A stretch of DNA of 64,000 bases from Nanobdellota archaeon (GTDB lineage: Archaea > Nanobdellota > Nanobdellia > Pacearchaeales > GW2011-AR1). The stretch spans positions 1-64,000 of the forward strand of contig JBBSXO010000001.1 of assembly GCA_038045705.1 (NCBI GenBank), given 5' to 3'. The notes under the pieces were generated by a model. The model was not told where the DNA came from, made no database searches, and saw only the letters and a list, made by a program, of their open reading frames with translations. A program made the translations under genes and the position numbers. Shown in pieces: positions 56,941-64,000 of the stretch (positions are counted from its first letter, which is position 1; each line of letters begins with the position of its first letter).

Positions 56941-58082
56941 CTTACCATTCTATCTATGGCAAACATACCATCCCAAGGAGAGCCAAATAATGTCATTTCA
57001 CCAACTTTCGGACATCTATCTGCACCAAACATAGTTAAATTATCAACAAAGTCTTCTCTTGAATTATTTTTCATAGCTAGTCCAACTGTTTGCTGATGTC
57101 TGGTATTTAATCCTTTCAGATTTAAATCTTTAAGAGGTTTGACAAAAGCAACTCTAGAAAAGCATGGTTGAGCTAGACCAATTTCTTCAGAATAAATTAC
57201 AGTCCAATCAGTGTTCTCTGAAGAAAAAACTTGTCCTTTTATTATTCCTTCTGCTCTAGCAGATAAAATTTCCATCTTTTTACCAGGTTCAGTATGTCCT
57301 TTAGGGATCATTAGTCTGTTGACTTTATCCAGTTCCTGAGCAAGAAGTTTAGCAAAATCAAGAGCTCTTTCTTCAACAAAAATTGTATGCGGGGAAGAAC
57401 AGGCAGTTTGGTCAAATGTAGAAATATCAAATGCAAGCTTTCTTGCAGAATCAGAATTGGCATTTTCTTTATCAACGACAGCATAGGAATATTTTGGCCC
57501 ATAAACTATATCTTCACAAAATATATTTTTTTTATAGTTGGTAATAGCCTCAATAGCTTCATATCCTCCCCAAGCTATTCTTATATCAGCTGCTTTAGAC
57601 ATTTCTTCATTTTTTTCCTTGTCTTTACTATCTACTAGAACAAGAGCAAACGTTTTAGAGAATTCTTTCCCGTTAATCTTGTTTGTGTTGACTGCAGAAA
57701 AGTTATCCAGTAATTTCTTTAATCCTTGATAAGAAGATGAAGATGTTCTGACTAATGAAACATTCTTTGTAATCATTGCTTGTATTATAGAATAGATTCC
57801 GAGATTCTCTACATTTCCAGCAACCCAGTGAACTGCTAGACCTCTTGGTTGTGCATGATATAGTCTGCCATCTTTAAGAGTCATAAATTCATCCAAAACT
57901 CTATAGTTGCCACGTAACGCAATATCCATCATTAATTTAAGATTATCTTTTGATATAAATTTCTTTATTTCTTTTATACCTATTTTTTCACCAACTTTTT
58001 CTAAATATTCAAGTAAATCATCTGTTTTAATGCTATGAGCATATTCTCTTGCATTTCTTAACGATTCTATAACTTCTTTCAT
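56919..58082 (-). CDS. LuxC-like acyl-CoA reductase
   Basis: PRGLAVHWVAGNV, AWGG, YGPKYS, FDQTACSSP catalytic Cys, WDG; ATG at 58082. Confidence 0.88.
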   Translation of the reverse strand: MKEVIESLRNAREYAHSIKTDDLLEYLEKVGEKIGIKEIKKFISKDNLKLMMDIALRGNYRVLDEFMTLKDGRLYHAQPRGLAVHWVAGNVENLGIYSIIQAMITKNVSLVRTSSSSYQGLKKLLDNFSAVNTNKINGKEFSKTFALVLVDSKDKEKNEEMSKAADIRIAWGGYEAIEAITNYKKNIFCEDIVYGPKYSYAVVDKENANSDSARKLAFDISTFDQTACSSPHTIFVEERALDFAKLLAQELDKVNRLMIPKGHTEPGKKMEILSARAEGIIKGQVFSSENTDWTVIYSEEIGLAQPCFSRVAFVKPLKDLNLKGLNTRHQQTVGLAMKNNSREDFVDNLTMFGADRCPKVGEMTLFGSPWDGMFAIDRMVRWIVTWK

Positions 58083-59128
58083 CTCAATGTATCTCCACAA
58101 CCCTTAAGTTCAGCATCTTTTGCTCTTTCCTTAAAAATAAAATATTTACCCTTTCTTCCACAATGGCAATCATCTTCTCCAATAATTTTACCTATATCTT
58201 CTGTGAGAAGAGATATACCAGGGTAACTATGTGGGACAGGACTTATTAACTGAATAAATCCTTCTTGCGATGGTTTTAGATTATCTATATTCCTCATTAA
58301 AATTTCAGAATATAATGGTATATGTTTGTATCCTTCTTCACAATCAATGTAAATTGTCCCAAGCTGTTCAGTCATTCCATACATATCATATATATTAGAT
58401 GTGCCAATATTATTTTTTATTTTCTTGTTGAACTCTTCTTTACTGACCATCATATCAGTGAGTTTTTTCCAACCACCTATATGTAAGACTTTGCTATTCT
58501 TTAATTTAATAGGGTTTAATTGTAACAATGTTTTATATAAAAGCCAAGTAAAACCAAAGAAACATACTTCTTGGTCATTTATTTTTTCTATAGTTTCATT
58601 AAGTTTTTCAGCATCAAGATTTAGTTCATTATCTAAAACAAAATTAATTGATTTTGCAAATGGCATTAACCCTCTTATCGCAGAGCCTCGTGAAGATATT
58701 TCCCCTTCTTTTGAAGTGATAGTTCTTTCTGTATCAAATATTATAAAATTTAATCTTTTGTTTCCTATAAATGAAGAAAGTATAGAATTTAGACATTTTA
58801 TTTGTCTTTTGCGTGTAACCTCATCGATATAGATTGTGCTTGGTATTCCAGTAGTAATTGCGCTTGATTTTATCACAGATACAATTTGGTCATCAGGTAC
58901 GGAAGTCAATTTCATTTTTTTGAATAAACTAATAGGTAAGTAAGGAATCAATTCAATGTTTTGAGGAAATTTATCTTGTCCAGAATTGTCAATTATTTTC
59001 TTAAATTCTACTGAATTTGAGTAATGAAAATCAATAGCTTCTTTCATTGCAGCAAGAAACAGTTTATATTTTTCATTTTTACCAATATCAAAAGGTTTAT
59101 TCTCAAGTAAAGAATCTATAGGGTTCAT
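58079..59128 (-). CDS. LuxE-like acyl-protein synthetase
   Basis: IPYLPISLFK, SSAITTG, GGWKK, YGMTE, SYPG.SLLTED, C.CGRKG, ELKGC. Confidence 0.88.
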   Translation of the reverse strand: MNPIDSLLENKPFDIGKNEKYKLFLAAMKEAIDFHYSNSVEFKKIIDNSGQDKFPQNIELIPYLPISLFKKMKLTSVPDDQIVSVIKSSAITTGIPSTIYIDEVTRKRQIKCLNSILSSFIGNKRLNFIIFDTERTITSKEGEISSRGSAIRGLMPFAKSINFVLDNELNLDAEKLNETIEKINDQEVCFFGFTWLLYKTLLQLNPIKLKNSKVLHIGGWKKLTDMMVSKEEFNKKIKNNIGTSNIYDMYGMTEQLGTIYIDCEEGYKHIPLYSEILMRNIDNLKPSQEGFIQLISPVPHSYPGISLLTEDIGKIIGEDDCHCGRKGKYFIFKERAKDAELKGCGDTLR

Positions 59129-59224
59129 TATAATCTGGACAGATTTAACTAAAAATACCAGCGAAGCAAGTAATTTTAAATGTATCTATGGTTGCTTTTA
59201 AATAAACCCTATATTTCTAATTAT

Positions 59225-60382
59225 ATGGATAAAATCAAGATTCTTGAGTTATGCCACTTTTCTGAAGGAATATGTGGGGTTTGGAACAGGGTTAAGGAAG
59301 AATCTACGAGATTAGCTGATAAAGGATATGAAGTGAGTGTCTTTTCATCAAATGCAATTAAAGGAAGCAATGAGGTAGCAAGTGCTAATGAAATTATAGG
59401 TAATTTTAAAATCAAAAGATTCCCTTACATCAAATTAGGAGGAGAATCATTTTCATTCTGGAATTTTACAAAAGAAGCATTAGATTATTCTCCAGATATT
59501 ATAATCGCTCACGTATATAGACAAATACATACAACTAAAGCATTAGAAATAAAAAAAGAGCTGAAAAGATTAGGAAAGAAATGTGTAGTATTTTTAGTAA
59601 CTCATGCACCCTTTAATCAAGATAATTCTGAAAGGGGCATACTAGCAAGTCTTTCAGTTAAATTTTATGATAAATTCATAGGTAAAAGAATAATAAATAA
59701 ATTTGACAGAGTTATTACAATTTCTAATTGGGAAGTATCTCACTTAAAAAAAATAGGAGTCCAGAATAAAAGACTTTTCTATATACCAAATGGAGTTCCA
59801 GAGATATTTTTCAGATCTGAATCAAAACAAGGAGACGATAATAAAATATTATTTTTAGGAAGAGTAAGTCCTGTAAAGAATTTAGAGATAGTTATATCTG
59901 TCTTAAATAAAGTTGATAAACAATACTATTTTGAGATAGTTGGACCTATAGAAGGAAATTACAAAGAAAAATTACAATATTTAGCAAAAAAACAAGGTGT
60001 CGAAAAAAGAATTATCTTTTCTAAAAAAATTTATGATATTAAAGAAAAGATAAGAAAACTTGACTCATCACTATTCTTTATTCTTTCAAGTAAAAGAGAG
60101 GGTATGCCTCAGTCACTAATAGAAGCAATGGCTCGCGGGAGAATATGTATTGGTTCAGATGTAGATGGAATAAAAGACTTAATAAAAAATAAAATAAATG
60201 GTTTTACATTCGAGAAGGGCAATATAGTGTCTTTAGCAGACTTATTAAATAATATTAATAAATTAGATTATAAAAAGTTAAGATCTATAAGTAAACAGTC
60301 AGTTATTTTTGCATCCAAATTTAAATTAGACATGATAGCAAATAAATTAAATAACCTCATTAAAGAAGAATTAAGCAAATAA
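59225..60382 (+). CDS. glycosyltransferase family 4
   Basis: IPNGV, FLGRVSPVK, EGMPQSLIEAMA; ATG at 59225. Confidence 0.9.
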   Translation: MDKIKILELCHFSEGICGVWNRVKEESTRLADKGYEVSVFSSNAIKGSNEVASANEIIGNFKIKRFPYIKLGGESFSFWNFTKEALDYSPDIIIAHVYRQIHTTKALEIKKELKRLGKKCVVFLVTHAPFNQDNSERGILASLSVKFYDKFIGKRIINKFDRVITISNWEVSHLKKIGVQNKRLFYIPNGVPEIFFRSESKQGDDNKILFLGRVSPVKNLEIVISVLNKVDKQYYFEIVGPIEGNYKEKLQYLAKKQGVEKRIIFSKKIYDIKEKIRKLDSSLFFILSSKREGMPQSLIEAMARGRICIGSDVDGIKDLIKNKINGFTFEKGNIVSLADLLNNINKLDYKKLRSISKQSVIFASKFKLDMIANKLNNLIKEELSK

Positions 60383-60383
60383 A

Positions 60384-61859
60384 ATGGCAGAAACAAAAAG
60401 TATCTTTCAAAATAAATTAAACTTAATCTTAGTTGGTATAATCTTATTTGGAACAATAATTAGATTTTACTTTTTTAATTTAGTAAAAAACCAAGCTCAC
60501 TGGTGGGATTCACTTGCATATGGAAGTCTTGCAAAAAATATGATATATCATAGATGGGATAATCTACCATTTATTATGCATGAGGCAGTTATACGTCCTC
60601 CTCTTCTTCCAGTTGTTTGGAGTTGGTTAATAAGTCTTGGAGCTTCAGATTATGCAGTAATTATCTTAACAAATATAATCCCTTCAATAATTTCAATATA
60701 TTTAATATATTTAATTGGAAAAGAGATGTATAATAAAAAAGTTGGTTTGGTTGCAGCTATTTTTGCATCAATATCTTGGATTCACTTGTTTTATTCAATA
60801 AGAATAATGACGGATATTCCATCAATGTGTTTAGTTTTAGCAAGTATTTACTTCTTCGTTAAATCTTATGAATCTCTTAATCTTAAGAATTGGTTATTTT
60901 CGGTGCTTCTTTTATCTTTAGCAGTACTCTTCAGATATTCTCATGCAGTTATGGCAGTCGCTTATATTATATTCTTAATTTTTGTTCACAAGACAAGCTT
61001 GTTTAAAAGTAAGAAATTTTGGATAGGTGGAATAATAGGAGCAATTCCATTAATTTTATTTATTTTAATAAACTTATTTGCATATGGCTCGCTTTTGCCA
61101 GCAACTTCAGAATATACTTCAAGTGCTAGCGAAAAAACAAGTTTTGGTTGGTATACAATTGGTTTCATTAATTATATATTGATGAGCCCAGCAGTCTTTT
61201 TATTTTATTTTGGGATTTTGCTAGCTCTTTTCAAAGTTGGGATGAGTTATGGATTTATTTCAAAACACAAAGAATTAAGGATGCATCTCTTAAATCTGAT
61301 TTTGCTTATTTTTGTTCTTTCATTCTTTATATTTGGAATAAAAGCTTCAGAAGATAGATATTTACTTGGGATTTCTAGCGTACTATTTATTATGCCCGCA
61401 GTGGCACTCCTCTATTTATATAAAATTATCTCGAAATATAAGAAAGAGATAGGCGTTGCTGTTTGTATTGCCTTAATTGCTTGGTCGATTTATGCTCAAA
61501 TTTCATTTGCCAATGGTCTTATTCTTGATAAAAAAGAATCTTATAAAGAGATGAAAGAAGCCTATGAATGGATAAAATATAATACTCCTGAAGAGGCAAT
61601 AATAGTAGGTGATTGGGGAGAGCCTTATGCAATATACTACGCAGATAGGGATGTGCAAATTTGGCCAGAAGACTTAGACTTCTCCAATTTTACATTAGAA
61701 GCAGATTATGTGATTTTAACCGCAGTTCATCAACCAAATGAAAAAGTGGTAAGTTATGTCAACGATTTAGCAGAAAATGAGATTGTTATTCCAATAAAAG
61801 TATTTTTCTTTGATTCTGCACAAACTCAACCTGCAGTAATAATTTACAAAAAGTTATAA
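60384..61859 (+). CDS. GT-C fold membrane glycosyltransferase (ArnT/PMT-like)
   Basis: IRF...WWD, RPPLLP, MTDIP, DRYLL; multi-TM. Confidence 0.82.
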   Translation: MAETKSIFQNKLNLILVGIILFGTIIRFYFFNLVKNQAHWWDSLAYGSLAKNMIYHRWDNLPFIMHEAVIRPPLLPVVWSWLISLGASDYAVIILTNIIPSIISIYLIYLIGKEMYNKKVGLVAAIFASISWIHLFYSIRIMTDIPSMCLVLASIYFFVKSYESLNLKNWLFSVLLLSLAVLFRYSHAVMAVAYIIFLIFVHKTSLFKSKKFWIGGIIGAIPLILFILINLFAYGSLLPATSEYTSSASEKTSFGWYTIGFINYILMSPAVFLFYFGILLALFKVGMSYGFISKHKELRMHLLNLILLIFVLSFFIFGIKASEDRYLLGISSVLFIMPAVALLYLYKIISKYKKEIGVAVCIALIAWSIYAQISFANGLILDKKESYKEMKEAYEWIKYNTPEEAIIVGDWGEPYAIYYADRDVQIWPEDLDFSNFTLEADYVILTAVHQPNEKVVSYVNDLAENEIVIPIKVFFFDSAQTQPAVIIYKKL

Positions 61860-62504
61860 TTATGATTTTATAGCAAGTATTGCAATCTCATTTCCACTGT
61901 TGCTATGTTTAGAATATTCAAAGTCAATTAATTTTGAAAAAACACTCACTTTCTTTTTTAATAGATATTTTGCAAAGAAGTGCATATATAGAGCCGTGAG
62001 TTCAAATATAGACCCTCCAGCAAAAACCTTTTTTATTTTAAATCCTTTTTTTCCCAGTAAACTAGTTATTTGGCTAATAGTATAGTGTCTTTCATGCTGA
62101 ACATAGCGGACAGGGTTGAGATAGCTAAGCAAAGTATCGTTAGGTACGCAAATAGCGAGCTTTCCACCTTTCTTTAGAACCCTGTTTATCTCATCCAAGG
62201 CCTTTTCATGATCTTTGATGTGTTCTAAAACATCTAGGATTATTACCTGTGAGAAATATCCATTTTTGAATGGAATATTTGTAGCATCACATTTCACTTT
62301 ATTTATTGATTTGTTGCTTATGCCAAGATTCTTCTTGTCAAGATCAGATGACGTAAAGTTTTTATTGTTTAAGAAAAGTTGGTTTTCAATCCATTGCATC
62401 TCACCAGCACCGATGTTTAGGGTCCTTCCATTTATTTGAGCATCTATGATACTAGCGCAAACTCGTTCTCTTCCATATAGCATTTTATCTTTTTCTTCTT
62501 GCAT
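61860..62504 (-). CDS. class I SAM-dependent methyltransferase
   Basis: LNIGAG, DATNIPF, DVLEHI, RVLKKGG, HERHY. Confidence 0.88.
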   Translation of the reverse strand: MQEEKDKMLYGRERVCASIIDAQINGRTLNIGAGEMQWIENQLFLNNKNFTSSDLDKKNLGISNKSINKVKCDATNIPFKNGYFSQVIILDVLEHIKDHEKALDEINRVLKKGGKLAICVPNDTLLSYLNPVRYVQHERHYTISQITSLLGKKGFKIKKVFAGGSIFELTALYMHFFAKYLLKKKVSVFSKLIDFEYSKHSNSGNEIAILAIKS

Positions 62505-63453
62505 TTTGTGTCACCGCATAGACAATTGATGAAGTTGAAACAATGTTTATGGCTGGCTCGTTCAAGAAGCAAGAATCTCTGTATTTTAATGATTTATATG
62601 TTGCATTTATAATTGGTAATATAAAAGAAAAAGTGTAGATCATCCATATTCCTACCTTTGCCCAATCTCTCTTCCAATCAATCCATTTGAATAATCTCAC
62701 ATTTCGATTAGGAAAATATGTTCTTTGTAGATTCCTTACACGTTTTCTTGATAATTCAGGTAAGCTTCTTAGTAAGTAATGGTGGATTCCGGTCTGAGGC
62801 ACATATGCAAAGTTTTTGTGTCCTACATTAAATAAAGCAACAGGAATATCGTTATCAATAAGTTGAGTTTTGTCTTTTATATAATTTTTAATTAAGCTTT
62901 TACGGTAGATCATCAGTCCCTGAGGAGGTATTTTTTTATCTGTAAGGATGCATAAGTAGTAAGATTTTCTTTTTTCTACAATTATATCTTTTGGAGAAAC
63001 AGTGAAGAATCTAAAGATAGGATCTCTTTGCCAAGCATCATATGACAAAGTTCTAGTCAAAGGATGGTGTTTTGGATTTACTAAGAATCTAACAAAAACG
63101 CCTGCAACTTTAGTAGAATCATAGAAAGGAGATAACATCTGTTCAATGAATGAATCATTTGACAGAGTCATATCTGCATCCATATACATGAAAAATTTTC
63201 CATTCGACTCCCTAAAACCTTTCATCTTGCTTATTTCAGCATCCTTAACTTTATTGAATAAGATCTTTAGATTTATCTTTTTAGAGAATCTTTTTGCAAT
63301 CTCAATAGTTTGGTCTATTGAATAATTATCTACTATTATTACTTCAAATTTATTTTTTTCAATTTTCTGCATTGCTATGGATTCCAAACAAGACAGTATA
63401 TCTATCTCTTCATTATATGTAGGTATAACTATGCTAAGGAGGGGTTTATCCAT
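62485..63453 (-). CDS. glycosyltransferase family 2
   Basis: SIVIPTYNEE, IIVDNYS, MDAD; ATG at 63453. Confidence 0.88.
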   Translation of the reverse strand: MDKPLLSIVIPTYNEEIDILSCLESIAMQKIEKNKFEVIIVDNYSIDQTIEIAKRFSKKINLKILFNKVKDAEISKMKGFRESNGKFFMYMDADMTLSNDSFIEQMLSPFYDSTKVAGVFVRFLVNPKHHPLTRTLSYDAWQRDPIFRFFTVSPKDIIVEKRKSYYLCILTDKKIPPQGLMIYRKSLIKNYIKDKTQLIDNDIPVALFNVGHKNFAYVPQTGIHHYLLRSLPELSRKRVRNLQRTYFPNRNVRLFKWIDWKRDWAKVGIWMIYTFSFILPIINATYKSLKYRDSCFLNEPAINIVSTSSIVYAVTQNARRKR

Positions 63454-63457
63454 TAAT

Positions 63458-64000
63458 TCAAGCAAAATCTAACGCTTTAAATGTCTTTTTGTCCCTAATA
63501 AAGTGGTCTAAAGCTATACTTCTTGGATATATTAGATAGGCATTTCGTTTGATGGTTTCCCTATTCAAATGTTCTTTTTTTGAGAAGAACAGGTAATAAA
63601 TAATAGAAGGGATGCTCATTAAAAAAGGAAGGCCCCTTTTTATAGGAAATCTCATTAGAGAAATTATTTCAAGGCCTAATTTCCACGCTAGAAGATACAA
63701 TCTTCTCCCACCTGTAGTATTTTTTATTAAACAAATTATATGGTTTTTTGATATAAGGTATTCTTTCTTGAAATTAATCTTCTCATTATTTACACTAAAA
63801 CTACCAATATGATAAATTATAGATTGCGGAGAGTACCAAATCTCTTTTCCACTATTATTAGCTCTCCAGCAAAAGTCCAGTTCTTCAGCATACATAAAGA
63901 AAGATTCATCAAACCCTCCCAACCTAATAAATTCTTTTCTTTCGACTAGGAGCGATACTCCACATCCCCAAAATACCCTTATTTCATCATCATATTGGCC
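63458..64000 (-). CDS. glycosyltransferase family 2 (5' part outside window)
   Basis: Frame open to the window edge: GQYD...FWGCG...GGFDESFFMYAEELDFCWR. Confidence 0.85.
   Translation of the reverse strand, partial: GQYDDEIRVFWGCGVSLLVERKEFIRLGGFDESFFMYAEELDFCWRANNSGKEIWYSPQSIIYHIGSFSVNNEKINFKKEYLISKNHIICLIKNTTGGRRLYLLAWKLGLEIISLMRFPIKRGLPFLMSIPSIIYYLFFSKKEHLNRETIKRNAYLIYPRSIALDHFIRDKKTFKALDFA

Noticed and set aside
56919-59128. Bioluminescence (lux) operon
   Set aside because: No luxA/luxB/luxD; context is sugar acylation within a glycan cluster

Overview
AT-rich archaeal chromosome segment, most consistent with a DPANN (Pacearchaeota/Woesearchaeota-like) genome. This is inferred from eL18, eL21, Rpo3/4/10, Rpp21, secF-secD, an unlinked 5S rRNA and mostly TATA-proximal, leaderless-looking starts. 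Layout: (1) 0.8-4.1 kb Lhr helicase plus metallophosphoesterase. (2) 4.2-6.8 kb three winged-helix genes; two have DNA-level repeats inside their own coding linkers, and a dense, partly helically phased TAAACAS motif array follows (candidate origin or centromere). (3) 6.8-13.3 kb an accessory array of ORFans, a probable DGR-type variable protein with a downstream hairpin, and four type II toxin-antitoxin pairs. It is punctuated by six same-orientation ~55-bp sites with fixed internal spacing (candidate non-attC cassette array). (4) A B12 radical SAM gene between two copies of a glycosyltransferase 3' end, then xerA with a dif-like site. (5) Ribosomal protein/RNA polymerase cluster. (6) An ABC-exporter locus split by a ~5.5-kb element bounded by 21-bp direct repeats; it carries a DDE transposase, an RHH-wHTH-PIN-unknown enzyme operon, an AbrB-like regulator and six small membrane proteins. 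(7) rpoN, rpp21, 5S rRNA, three tRNAs, secF-secD. (8) 37.5-64 kb a large surface-glycan cluster. It includes Gmd, an aminotransferase and a formyltransferase, plus an ACP/AcpS/LuxCE/Fe-ADH/adenylation module matching the gene content of the Vibrio cholerae O1 tetronate pathway. All calls come from reading the sequence by eye; no searches were run.
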